A DNA stretch of 64,000 nt, from assembly GCF_001194135.2 (NCBI RefSeq), contig NC_069004.1, forward strand, positions 21,220,013-21,284,012, in the 5' to 3' direction. Shown piece after piece: positions 39,114-53,189 of this stretch. The translations under genes were made by a program, and so were the position numbers. A model generated the notes under the pieces. It ran no database searches. It was not told the DNA's origin and saw nothing but the letters and a program-made list of their open reading frames with translations. Position 1 is the first letter of the stretch, and the number at the start of each line of letters is the position of its first letter. This DNA is from Octopus bimaculoides (Eukaryota).

Positions 39114-41708
39114 CACTGGGCAACAAATTTATTTTTGTCATGCTATTTGAACCTTTTCAGCTGATTTAGGGTAACTTTAGGGTGCTGAATCCGAATCTGA
39201 CATCAATTTTCAGACAGCATGTGTAGTTTTTTAGTTATTCACAGCATCAGATTTTCCAACCAATTGATAATATTGACAAAGTAATAGGCTATTTGCTTTC
39301 GATTTTCAATCATATACCCATCACTGAAACAAAAATAAGTGCTGATAGAGAGAAATGTAGGCTACCTGTTAAATTGCCACACAAGATGAGGATTTATTTT
39401 ACTTTGTTATCACTGTAATTATAAAAAAGTTCTCAATGGAGGCTATTGATATTAGACTCCTTTTCTTGATAACTGCTAGTGCTGTTAAAACAAAGTACAT
39501 CAAATAAGAGAGCCAGGTTATATGAAAAGAAGTTTAGTAGTAAGTTTAGTTATTTATTAAAGTGATCAATGTTTGAAATTTAGAGATGGAAAAAATTGGT
39601 CGTGACAGCCATAGCTTCATTACATTCTGTAATAATTTCAATGATTTTTTTTGAGAAATATATTTTGATGTTTTAAAGTAACATTTACAGTTAATTAGTT
39701 TTATATTTTAGTTTACTGATAGGCTTTCTTGAGTGTTGAGTTAGCTTATTACGGTATGTATTTATGATGAGCAGAAAAGTTTGTGTTAATCACCTGGACA
39801 GCTTTTGTTATGTGTGGAAAATTTACGCCAAAAGATCAGAGAAACAAGCTTACAAAGAAAGTTTTAAATGCTTACAAGCTTTACTTTGGATGCAAAGTTG
39901 GGGACCAAGATAAACTGTGGGTGCCTCATGTTTGTTGCAAAAACTGCTACATAGCACTAACCCAATGGCTGAATGGTAAACGGAAAAGTATGCCATTTGC
40001 AGTACCAATGATATGGTGTGAGCGAACAAACCACTATACCGATTGTTATTTCTGCTTAACTAACATCACAGGTTTCTCTAAGAAGAACAAATCCAAGATT
40101 GTTTATCCAGATTGCCCTTCAGCTTTAAAACCAGTTGCTCATGCTGCTGAAAACATTCCAATTCCAGAACCTCCTTCATCTTCTGACAAAAATAGTTTAA
40201 GTGAAGAAAGTATTGCATCTATTTCAACTGATGGCATGCCAAGTGATACAGCAGATTACTGTGATGAACCAGGATCTTCAAAAAAAGTTCCTCATTTATT
40301 AAGTCAACTTGAGTTAAATGATTTAGTTAGAGACTTGGGTATAACAAAAGAAAAGTCAGAACTGCTGGGCTCCAAGTTGAAACAATGGAATCTTTTACAC
40401 AATGGTGTAAAATGCTCGTATCTTTGAAAATGGCCTAGAGAATTGCATGAATTTTTTACGGAGAACGACAGTATTTGTTTTTGTTGTGATGTTGAAGGAC
40501 TCCTACATGGAGAGTCTCCTGAAGAATGGAGACTCTCCATGTAGGAGTCCAACAAAGCAAGCCTAAAAGCTGTTTTGCTGCATAATGGCAGTCGAAACCT
40601 TAAATACCACTAGCACATGCTGCAGGATTAAAGGAAACTTATAAATCAATGGATAAGATTTTGCACTTGATTAAATATTCTGAGCACATGCAGGGACTTG
40701 AAAGTTATTATTTTGCTTTTTGGATTGCAAATGGGGTATACAAAGCATCAGTGCTGTTTGTGCCTTTGGAACAGCAGAGATGACAAGCATCACTATGATC
40801 AAAAGGAGTGGTCAAAGAGAAGTGATTTCACTCCTGGGAGATATAATGTTAAATATATCCCTTTAGTTGACCCTCAGAAAATTTACCTGCTTCACTTACA
40901 CATTAAACTTGGCTTGTTTAAGAATTTTGTTAAGGCCATGAATGAAGACGGTGAAGGATTCAAATATCTCAGTGAAAAATTTGTTTCTAGCAAGAGTGAA
41001 GCTAAGATCAAAGCTGGTACTTTTAATGGACCAGAAATTTGCACACTAATTTGGGATGAGATTTTTCAAGAAAAATTAAGTTTGTTTCTCTTGTAAAAAA
41101 AGTTTTTGGGAAATGAAAAATCATCTAACTACATGGCAATTGTGAATGATTTTTTTGAAAGCTTATAAGCAACTTGAGGCAAGAATGTCTCTAAAAATTC
41201 ATTTTCTTCACTCACATTTTGACTTTTTTTCACCCAATATGGGTGATGTAAGCAAGGAGCATGGCAAATGATTTCATCAAGAAATCAAAGAGCTAGAAAG
41301 CTGCTACAGTGACAGACTTACACCAAACATGCTGATGGACTACTGCTGGTTTTTAAAATGTGAAACTGACATGCAACATAAGCTTAAAAGAAGACGCCAA
41401 AGCTATTTTTGAAAAACATAAAATTAATAATATTCACTTTACACTTTTGTTTTGTATTTTATTGGTTTTAGAGTTACTTGTCTACCTAGTTGCTATTGTT
41501 CTTATACCAAATAATGGTAATTTACACTTAACATAACATTCATTTTATTTGTCATGAATTTTCACATTATTGTAATTTTGATAGCAGTTTGATAATGATA
41601 GCGCGAAAACATGACATACAAAAATGATTGCAGATTTGGAATCAGCACTCCCAAAATACCTATGAACACCATTTCGTCTAATAGTAGCAAAAATTTTGTT
41701 GCCTAGTG
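39114..41708 (+). mobile_element. Near full-length degenerate DNA transposon, CMC/Chapaev3-like
   Basis: TIRs CACTGGGCAACAAA and TTGTTGCCTAGTG; subterminal gtgctgaatccgaatctg / cagatttggaatcagcac. ORFs 39783-40427 (YFGCKVGDQDKLWVPHVCC...DCYFC) and 40698-41096 (GYTKHQCCLCLWNSR...LHIKLGLFKNFVKA). Confidence 0.85.
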
Positions 41709-41729
41709 TAGGTTATCAGGTGGCTGGCT

Positions 41730-42350
41730 GGCTTCCTGAAGTTGGTGTTGTAGATCAATAGGTTATTTGCATGACAGAACTCCAGTAGCCTTGTTCCCTC
41801 TTCGTTTCAGGAACCAATTCCATGTACACCATGAAAGATACCAGGTTGCTGTCCGACATGTCCACTAAAATCTCCAGCCACAAGGATGAGATCATTGTCA
41901 CCCGTCTTTGAGGTAGCCTGCAGAAAAATACCATAAAAGTGATCCTTCTGTTCATTTGGCAAGCCTGCTTGTGGGGCATAGGCAGAGCTAATTGTAGCTA
42001 TACTATTCTGCAAGATTAGCCTGAGTTTAAGCACTCTATCGCACACTCTGACTACCTCTATGACCTTATCCACCCATTTCTCTGCAAGAAGTATGCCCAC
42101 TCCCCCTACTCCATCACTGGTACCTTTCCAGAGGGGTTTATACCTACGTGCCTTGCCATGAAGGGACCCTGGCTGAAGCTCCTCTCCACCTTACCTCTTG
42201 TATGCAACATACATCAACATGCCTCCGTTCAAGCATCTCTACAATCTTGCTAGACCTACCTTTCAATGTGCCTACATTTACAGTGCCAACTCTGAAAATT
42301 GGGAAAGGGATGTGGGAGGAAACAGGAGAGATGTTATTCAGCATCTGAAG
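41730..42350 (-). mobile_element. RTE-clade LINE AP-endonuclease fragment
   Basis: RVGTVNVGTL...DVCCIQEVRWRG; GILL...SAYAPQAG...VAGDFSGHVG (APE motifs), frameshifted. Confidence 0.85.
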
Positions 42351-42364
42351 AGAAGGTTACCACG

Positions 42365-42728
42365 AGTGACTGTGTGGTAAGTAGCTTGCTTACCAACCAC
42401 ATGGTTCTGGGTTCAGTCCCACTGTGTGGCACCTTGGGTAAGTGTCTTCTACTATAGCCTCGGGTCGACCAAAGCCTTGTGAGTAGATTTGGTTGACGGA
42501 AACTGAAAGAAGCCCGTCGTATGATGTATATATATATATGTTTGTATGTCTGTGTTTGTCCCCCCCCCCAACATCGCTTGACAACCGATGCTGGTGTGTT
42601 TACGTCCCCGTAACTTAGCGGTTCGGCAAAAGAGACCGATAGATTAAGTACTAGGCTTACAAAAGAATAAGTCCTGGGGTCGATTTGTTTCGACTAAAGG
42701 CGGTGACTGAAACAAATAAAAAGTAAAA
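42365..42728 (+). mobile_element. Well-preserved SINE family B
   Basis: tRNA-like head gagtgactgtgtggtaagtagcttgc...gggttcagtccc, a conserved body, and tail aaacaaataaaaagtaaaagt. Confidence 0.8.
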
Positions 42729-44419
42729 GTGATCGTTTGATATCAGACGTTATAACAGTTATCCTCGCTTTGAACCTACCGTCATTCAAACGTTAACATT
42801 GCTCAGGCTGTTGCCTCTACGGGCAGGGGCGGGGGAGTAAGGAAGCATTGTATATGAAAGTATTTTGGGCGTTGTAAATGTAAGCGTTATGAGCATTGTG
42901 GATATAAGCATTACTGGTGCTGCAGCTATAAATAAAAATATAAAAATAAATGTCGTAGCAGTATAAATATGCCAATGCTAAATTAAGCAAGCGGGCTGCT
43001 ATCTGGTTTGGTTAGTCCAGAGAGGGGTGAGAGTACCAATATAAGAGAAGAGATAAACAGTACAGGATAGGGGAATTTCCGGTAAGAGCAACGGGATGTC
43101 CGCTAAGAGAAACGAGATTTCCGGTATTGGTGGTGGGGGCGGGAGACGTTGGGCACAAACACGAATAAGAGGGAATCATTTTCGGGAGTAGTACACGCAA
43201 GAAAGTATTATTACGAAATATGTATATTTTTGTAGCCAAGAAACATGGAAAGGATGATTTTAGAGGGAGAGATTACAATTTGGAAGTTATTTGATGAATT
43301 AATATGTTTACAGTTTACGAGAGTGCGGGTTAGATGGATGAATGAATGAGGCGATTAAAAACGAGGAATTCTGAGCTTAGCTATGCATATTTTTGAGTGC
43401 CATCAAACGGCCAAACGCATGGAATAAACTGCATGAAAGTGTGGGGGGGGCACCTGTGGAGGCCCCTTATGTTCACGATGGCCGGGAATGGACAAAGGTG
43501 ACAGTTTTTGCTCAAGGGAGTAGAAGAAATAGCAATAAGTAGCCATTGCAACTAGGAGCAGGAGAGATACGGACAAGAAAGAAATTATCTTAGAGAACAG
43601 AATGAAATATATAGGAGGTTTGCAAAAGTTTCTACTACCATAACAGCCTCTTCTGTGTGTTACATCTCACTTGGATCTTACCACTTTTGAGGTTCCACTC
43701 GCTATGAAGCATATGTAGCCCAGATTTCCGATATTCCATTCCATAACTCCTGTATTCTTTTTCGCACACTCGGCAACCTTGGTTGCTTACAAGAAATATA
43801 AAAAGTACTTTTTACATTTTTTCAGCTCATCGTTCTTTGATAAAAGGAAAGAACCCCCCCCCCCCCNNNNNNNNNNNNNNNNNNNNNNNNNNNNNNNNNN
43901 NNNNNNNNNNNNNNNNNNNNNNNNNNNNNNNNNNNNNNNNNNNNNNNNNNNNNNNNNNNNNNNNNNNNNNNNNNNNNNNNNNNNNNNNNNNNNNNNNNNN
44001 NNNNNNNNNNNNNNNNNNNNNNNNNNNNNNNNNNNNNNNNNNNNNNNNNNNNNNNNNNNNNNNNNNNNNNNNNNNNNNNNNNNNNNNAAACTTCCGTCTC
44101 AATAAACCACTATTGTTCCTGAAAGTCGTTTTTTTATATTCACTACGGAATGCTCGAAGCTAAACTTTCTTACACATCGATCCCTTATGTGTGTGCATAT
44201 ACACACGCACAAACACATATACATATATATATGTACATATATATATATATATAACTACACTCTCGGAGTGGTTGGCGTCAGGAAGGGCATCCAGCTGTAG
44301 AAACTCTGCCAGATCAGATTGGAGCCTGGTGCAGCCATCTGGTTCACCAGTCCTCAGTCAAATCGTCCAACCCATGCTAGAAAGGAAAGCGGACGTTAAA
44401 CGATGATGATGATGATGAA

Positions 44420-45511
<1,092 letters not shown>

Positions 45512-45723
45512 CTTCTCAGCACGTTAAAGGTAAGCACCGTCGTCCGTAATACGGGTGATGGTAGTTAATAATGGAGAAATTGTACAAAATGTATAAATAG
45601 ATGGTGAGTAAAAAACCTGCACAGTTTCGATTACCTATTGTTATCCGTAGATTTATTGCAGGAACTTCGTAATGGCGGTTGGGGTAACAATATTAATGAA
45701 ATAGGAGATGGAATTTGTAATAG

Positions 45724-45787
45724 ACTTTATTGGGTACAACACATGTTTCGACCCGTTCTGGGTCTCTTCAGGTACATCAATAAAAAG
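45724..45787 (-). ncRNA. Type I minimal hammerhead ribozyme
   Basis: Minus strand UUUAUUG-AU-GUAC CUGAAGA GACCC-AGAAC-GGGUC GAAA C-AUGU-GUU GUAC-C-CAAUAAA: full catalytic core, perfect 5-bp stem II, palindromic ACAUGU. Confidence 0.8.
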
Positions 45788-46750
45788 TCTCACTAGAGAT
45801 TTCTTTAGTTGGCTTACGTACCGCTATATGTCCATCAAAATTCGAGAATCAGTAGAATCAGAGAAAAATTATTGAAACGCAAAAAATTCAAATACGAACG
45901 TGGAAAGTATACATTCTAGTTTAGAGAAAATGACGTCATCAGCTCTGACTGTTGTNNNNNNNNNNCACACGTGTATATATACATAAATATATGTATATAG
46001 CATAGATAAATATATACATATATATATGTGCGTGTGTGTGTATAACGGTTTGATTATCTGGTTTATAACGATGTGGATCGCCAGTTTGTAACAGTGTTCG
46101 TTGAAGTAAATTACAAAATATTAAAAGTTTCGTCCCTTCTGATATTAATTCTTGGACTCATGTATTTGTACGTAATGATGCCACCCATCACTCACTGAAT
46201 TATAAATACACTGGACCTTTAAAGTGTTGTCAATTAAAGATAAAACTAAGACCTTGGATATGTATGGTAAAAAGGAAATTGTCAGTTTAGACAAAAACTA
46301 AAAAAGCTTCATGTCACGAGAATAAAAATTTGGGCTACACATTTCAAAATAACTAGAAACAGAACAATTCACAAGACAGCGAATTTAAGGTTGAGGAAAA
46401 GATCCACAAGTCACTTTTAAAATCACCTAACAGCGAAAAGAAAACTAGAAGTGGTTCCCAAAAGACTTTCTCAGTTTGTTTGAATATATTCCTCATGGAC
46501 TTTTTATTCCTGGAATTAAAAAAAAAAAAGATTTTAAAATTTTTTCTAGGGAAATTATTTTGAACAATTTGATAAACTTTCCATGAACGCTGTAAAACTG
46601 TGATACGCGGTTATTTTCATTTGTTTAACATGTGGACTCATTTGTATATTTGACTTCCTAAAAATATTAATTTCAACTATGTATTGAAATATATTTGTAT
46701 TATTCTTTTTTTTTCGCGAAATTTTAACAATTTTTCTGGTTGAGGGCTTA

Positions 46751-47661
46751 TGTAGTGTAGCAAGTCATAATAAACCTTTATCGGCGGTAATATGACGTAA
46801 TGGTCATGTTACCCGAATAGGCATAATTGCTAGTTTCCCATTGGTTAAAATTACTGCCCATATTTGAATTCTAACTTTCGTCAAAGAGAAATCTTTCACG
46901 AAATACGGTTCTTAGAATTCAGGTATGCGCAGTTATAAAAACCCCGATTGTTTGGGAAATTAATCAGTGTTCGTTGGGTGTCACTCGATTCCACGACACT
47001 CACTCTCAAGATATTGGTTATTGCCATGCCATGTCTCTTATCTAATTCAACAAGACTATTTTGAATTGTTGTTTAAAACTCCTGTAGCTTAGTTATGGAA
47101 GAATTAGTTAATATAAATTTTATGTCGTAATTCTCTACGACAGTTTTCTTTTGACTTACAAAATGTACTGTAAATATTAAATGAACGTAAATAAACTAAT
47201 TTAGTAAATAATTTCCTTTTCTTCATTTTCTTCAACCTGTTGATGAAATTTATTTCTGCAACTATGAAACTGTTATTAGAGCGGTGAAAAAGAGCTAGCT
47301 TTATTATCTTCAACATATATGCACGTTCAGCGTCTTGTGGTGTGTATAATTCACCAGCCTGAGTTAAGATTTATGTATGGTGATAAATGATTATAATTAA
47401 GTTATAAATGATGGGTTTATCACCATAGTTTCCTATTCAAGAAATAATTATATTCATTATCTCTTCCAAGTCAAACCTGTTATAAACTGACGATTCACAC
47501 CGATAATCAAAACCGTTCGAGTGACACCCAACGAACATTGATTAATTTCCCCAAAATCGGGGTTTTTATAACTGCGCATACCTGAATTCTAAGAACCAGG
47601 CAACATGACCATTACGTCATATTACTGCTGATAAAGATTTATTATGACTTGCATCGCTACA
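46751..47661. mobile_element. Foldback/MITE with about 140-bp inverted arms
   Basis: 46751-46988 (with an insert of about 95 bp) is the reverse complement of 47517-47661, e.g. ggttcttagaattcaggtatgcgcagttataaaaaccccgatt. Confidence 0.75.
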
Positions 47662-47683
47662 CACACACACGCACACACGCACG

Positions 47684-47731
<48 letters not shown>

Positions 47732-47749
47732 AATGGAGTTAAACGTAGG

Positions 47750-48375
47750 TGTTATTCAAATTCTTTTACTTCCGATACATGTTTCGAAGATATCACTGGT
47801 ATTATTCTAAAAGACCACAATAAATAATTTAATTTAGATTGGTTGATTCTTTCAATTTCGATACCTTATGATAAAGGCATGGAATTCTGTCTCCTCTGTA
47901 ATTCTGAACTATTTTTGATTCTTTTTTCTAAAAATCCCCTTGTAAACACGGTTACAGAGCGTGCATACCGATGTAAACATTGGCAGAAGCAATTATATAT
48001 AATTTAAACATTAATTTTCTTCTTACATTTCACATTCACTAGATATATCTTTTTCCATGACTTTAAGGCTTTATTTAATTTACATACCGTTCTATACTTC
48101 TCATTTATTTGGGGTGTTTTTTCCTTTACTCCTCCTCTTTCTATAGGCTACCTTTGACATTATATCCTCCAACGTTTTCTTAAAAATAAACTTAATAGCA
48201 TTCAGTTAATCACTATACATATCCATCATATTCTGTTAAAATGTCTTATTGATGAGTTTCATTTCTTCATTTCCCTGAAGAGAAGATTACATTGTTTTAC
48301 ACCATTTAATCCTTTGGAATAATACCAGTGATATCTTCGAAACATGCATCGAAAGTAAAAGAATTTGAATAACAT
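47750..48375. mobile_element. Element bounded by about 65-bp inverted repeats overlapping a hammerhead motif (PLE-like)
   Basis: tgttattcaaattcttttacttccgatacatgtttcgaagatatcactggtattattc and its near reverse complement at 48316-48374. A faint minus-strand IIY...VYIGM lies between them. Confidence 0.6.
48269..48356 (+). ncRNA. Hammerhead ribozyme motif with extended stem II (variant)
   Basis: AUUUCC CUGAAGA GAAGAU...AUCUUC GAAA CAUGC AUC GAAAGU; perfect 6-bp stem II base. Confidence 0.55.
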
Positions 48376-48537
48376 TTATTTATTTACATATATTATACAA
48401 AATATTTCATGTTAACCAGGAGTTTCTACCTTTAAAAACAAGGAGTTACACCCTTTTTACTTGTGTGATTTTTTGCTACCCTGGTAACTATTTATAAATT
48501 TTTCCGTGCTAATTGTTAACAAGAGAAAAAAAAACAC

Positions 48538-48640
<103 letters not shown>

Positions 48641-49368
48641 GGTCTCTCTCTCTGTATTTGCAATCTGATTTCATTTCTGCTAGCATTGACTTCAGGTACG
48701 TGATTGCAACCAATAACTGGGACTCCTTTTAACATAGTGAAAAACATAGAGAAAGACATAGTGCTAGATATTAAAAAAATAAGCTATTTGGGGCTAGAAA
48801 TAAAGCGGAAAACGTGAAATTTTTTGAGCAGGCACGTGTCTTATGTGAAATCTGTGATGAGCCCGAGTGACGCTAATGACCTGGAGTCGCCCCTGGTAAT
48901 ACATACATGACGAGTTGAAAGTTGTGCGCCTTTATGATTGATATGAATCTTAATTCTATAGCTATCTAATGCTATTTTAGGCCTGCAACCACCAGTATTA
49001 TTGTTGTTATTATCAACTATTTATATTACAATAATAATATCTATATTAATATTCAGTTCTGAATATTTAATCCTTATTACTATGTTTACACTGGAGCTGT
49101 TCTGATCTTGGTGCATAACAATTCAGAACGCCAACAGACTTCAACGTGAGGAAGGTAATGCTTTTCGCCAGAATCAGAATTCATGATCCAAGTATATCCA
49201 AATACCAAAATAAATAGCATTGGGCTATATAGGTACGTTAAAAATTCTTTAAGCCATTAGCCCAAACACTGTTGATTTTCTGTCGTATTTTTCAGTATTA
49301 TTGGTGTTTAAATGAGAGTTTTAACTCCTCTTTCTAGCAGGTAGGCGCCTTGTGCGCCCTTATCATTG

Positions 49369-49436
<68 letters not shown>

Positions 49437-49499
49437 TCACACATACATACATATACAGTTTTTTCGCATGATGTAACAATTTTATTCATCAATAAGAAA

Positions 49500-49830
49500 A
49501 CTCGTTTGAAACAGCTGTAGTGATGACATCTTGTCTTCTCTCGCACACCGAGATATGGTGGGTGCAACGCAAATTCATCGGAAGGGACTTGGTTTTGGCG
49601 CAGATCAGTTCAGACTGTTTGCAAGTAAGATGCAGAGCGAACGCAGATCTGTTGTTAGCAACAGCGTCAAAACGAGGGAAACAGAGAGAAGAGAGCTTCA
49701 TTTGATCCAATGCATTCAACAAGGACAGATGACGAGATGAGAGGAACATGTTTTTGAGATGAGATATGGAGGTGGACCACATCTCGGCTAAGTTTTCTGA
49801 TTCGTTCATTCTATGATGTTTTATCATCAC
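49500..49830 (+). mobile_element. HERO-like LINE post-RT fragment
   Basis: QIHRKGLGFG...SERRSVV...ETERR...IQQGQMTR*EE resembles the recalled HERO motif GLG...ER..V...QG.WT.WE. Confidence 0.5.
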
Positions 49831-49869
49831 CTACAAATCTAGGAAGATGGAATAATATATTCTTTCCAA

Positions 49870-50721
49870 CTGTTCACTAGCATAGAACAGGTATACATGG
49901 AGAATGCTATAAAAAAACTAAATTGATCTCAAAAACAAACGTTGCAAAGCGTTTAGAGTGGAGTATAAAAACCTACAGAATTGGTCCCTAGAGCAATGGA
50001 AGAATGTTATTTTCTCGGACGAGTCATCCTTTACCTTATTTCCGACCACCAGCCGAGTTTGTGGGTGGAGACAGCCAAAAGAAGNNNNNNNNNNNNNNNN
50101 NNNNNNNNNNNNNNNNNNNNNNNNNNNNNNNNNNNNNNNNNNNNNNNNNNNNNNNNNNNNNNNNNNNNNNNNNNNNNNNNNNNNNNNNNNNNNNNNNNNN
50201 NNNNNNNNNNNNNNNNNNNNNGGGGGGGGGGGGCTAAATCTTGGAAATCCACCAGCCCAATGGTTTCCCTTCATGGCAGAATTAATAGTCAAGACTATTT
50301 AAGCATTTTATCTGATCAAATTCATCCTATGGTTGCGGAACTGTTTCCGGAGTGAAACGCAATCTTTCAGGATGATAATGCACCAATTCACACAGCTAAA
50401 TATGTTACTGAATGATGCGAGGAACATTCTAGAGAAGTTGAACATCTTATCTGGCCACCACAGTCCCCAGATCTCTATATTATTGAACATTTATGGTGCA
50501 TTTTAGAAAAATAAGTAAGGAGTTGATATCCTCCACCATCATCACTACAAGAACTGGAGACTGTTTTAGTTGAAGAATTCCTTTGGAAACAATTCAAACT
50601 TTGTATGAGTCCATACCTTGTAGAATTCAAGCTGTAATTACTGCCAAATGCGGTCCTACATCATATGATAATAAATTTGTTTGACATTTTATCGTGTTTC
50701 CATTATTACGTCCAATCCCTG
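49870..50721 (+). mobile_element. Tc1-like transposon remnant (5'-truncated)
   Basis: WKNVIFSDESSF; IFQDDNAPIHTAK; WPPQSPDLYIIEHLW (DD34E-type). 3' TIR gtttccattattacgtccaatccctg followed by TA. Confidence 0.9.
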
Positions 50722-51057
50722 TATGTATGAATGTATGTATATATACATATATATACACACACATATATATATACATATATACACACACATATATATATAT
50801 ATACATATATATACACATATATATATACNNNNNNNNNNTATATATACACATATATATATACATATATATACACATATATATATATATATATACATATATA
50901 TATACACATATATATATACATATATATACGCATATATGTATATACACATATATATACATATATACACACATCCGTATTCCCGAGCGTCATACTAATATAT
51001 ACTTTTGTTATTTACACCACCTGTCCTCGTCTGTTGTTATTATTTGTATATTCTCCC

Positions 51058-51110
<53 letters not shown>

Positions 51111-51140
51111 CATACACATATATATATACATATATATACT
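50722..51140. repeat. (TA/CA)n low-complexity tracts
   Basis: Direct sequence; these tracts are the source of several spurious I/Y-rich ORFs. Confidence 0.95.
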
Positions 51141-51149
51141 GGATTAAAT

Positions 51150-52980
51150 GACTGTTTACTCGAATACGACTATCCATTACCAAGCCCAGAAGAAGTATTC
51201 TCAAAACGAAACGGAGGAAAAGTTTTCTCGAAGTCAGACTTCTCAGAGACCTATCCACAGATACAGGTAGAGGACGATTGCGCAAACTTTTTAACAATCA
51301 ACACACAGGCAGCTTCCTTTTGAAGTAAATGTGGCACCTGTCATATTCCAACAAGTGATGGACGCAATGTTAAATGATTGTGGTTTCGCTATCGTTTATC
51401 TCGATGATATTTTGATAAAGAGCGAGTCAGTGTCGCAACACTTCGGCCATATTAAAAACGTAGTCGAAAATATAAATGAATACGAGTTTAGACTAACAGA
51501 AGAAAAGTGTGAATGCTTTATGAAAAAAAAATCAAATATCTGGGTCAAGTAATTGACAAAAGGGGACGAAGGGCAGACCAATCAAGGAATATGCCTCCCT
51601 CAACGAATGTGAAATTGTTACAAGCATTTTTAGGCTTGGTAAACTACTATCAAGTATATATCCCGAACATACCCAACACACGCCCCTCACCCCTAAATGA
51701 GCTGTTAAGAAAGAATGCCAACTGGTTTTGGTCAGAAAAACGCCAGAAGGCATTTGAGGAACTAAAAAACATATTAACCTCAGACTTTTCGCTTACACAC
51801 TTCGATCCGAAGGTGGAGATGATACTGGCAACAGATGTTAGTGAGTACGGGATAGGTGCGTACTCCTACACAACTGCGAAGATGGCAGCCAAAAGGCTCA
51901 TGCATCAAGAACACTATTGCAAGCTGAAAAAAAAAGAGGCATTGAGATTATATTTGGCATAAAAAAGTTTCACAGGTTTATACATGGTAGACGGTTTAGA
52001 CTAGAAACAGACCATCGCTCGTTGCTAACGATTTATGAATCCAAGAAAGGAATCCCAGAATATACAGCAAACAGGTTGCAGCGATGGGCTACCATACTAA
52101 ACTACGACTATGCAATGGAATATTTACCTTCGAAAAAGCTAGGACATACTGACGGCCTATCCAAGTTAATACCCAGAAATGACGAACCATTCAAGGACAC
52201 AGTAATAGCAGTCCTAAAAACCGAAGAGGAAATTAAACATATAATGTAGAACATTGTATGTGAGTTACCAATAACTCTGGAGCAGATAAAGTGACATGCG
52301 TAAAAAAAAAAAAATGGTCAGCGAAAGAAAATAAGTTAAAGGTTCGGTAAGGAAAAACAAAATGTGAACATATATTCAACATGCGAGCAAAGAAGGCATA
52401 AACAAAGTCGCTCTGCAGCAATTCCTAAGGCTGTATAGGGTGACACCAAACCCCAATATACCAGTAGGAAGCTCACCAGCAGAATTGGTGTTCGCCAGGA
52501 AGGAGAAATCGGGTTTTGATAAACAGTTACTTGGCGAGGAAAGAAAAAGTACCAGGAAAGGCGATCCAAAATTTTTAAAAATTGGTGTTAAGTTGTACAT
52601 GAGGTCGTATTAAAACGGAAAACAGTACTGGGAAGAAGGCAAAATTACAAAGTACATAGGAAAAATGATGTACGGAGTTAAAAGCAGAAAAAAGATACAG
52701 ACACCAATTCAATAAGAGATTCATAGAAAATGAACCAGACAGATTGGAAGAACGTATGGAATGGTTGTATGGCATATTCCAGGTGCCAACTCGTTTTACA
52801 GGAGGTTGGACTCATGTGAACAAGTGGAAGAGAAAGGAAGAACACAGAGTTCCTACAAATAGATGCCAAAAAGAAACAATATTAAGTTGGAAAAAAACAC
52901 TAAAAAGAGAGGGGTGGTGAATAAAGTAAAATAAAATTACTTGTTTCCCAAAGAAAAAAACTATAAGAGGAGATGTTGTT
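51150..52980 (+). mobile_element. Degenerate Ty3/Gypsy pol (RT-RNaseH) remnant
   Basis: YPLPSPEEVF...APVIFQQVMD...IVYLDDILI; AFLGLVNYY; LATDVSEYGIGA; FRLETDHRSL...RLQRWA. Possible PPT aagaggaga followed by TGTTGT at 52974. Confidence 0.9.
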
Positions 52981-53189
52981 GTGAAAATGGTACACTCCTT
53001 CACATGTGACAAAGTGGTATGACTGAGCCACTATAAAGTTGGACAGGCAGTCATTGTAGGAGGTCAGCAGTAGTAGAGTTTTTATGTGAGTTGCAGGGTT
53101 GAGTGTTTTTTGTTGTGGAGTTGAGCGTCAGTCATTGGTGTTAGTTGTTGATATTGTTCGTGTTTTTTTGTGTCTTCCCGTTGTGGAGA

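Noticed and set aside
43000-43760. Possible further decayed PLE with hammerhead relic (cttttgag...gaagcatatgt)
   Set aside because: Both core motifs are mutated and the protein motifs are too eroded to support a call.
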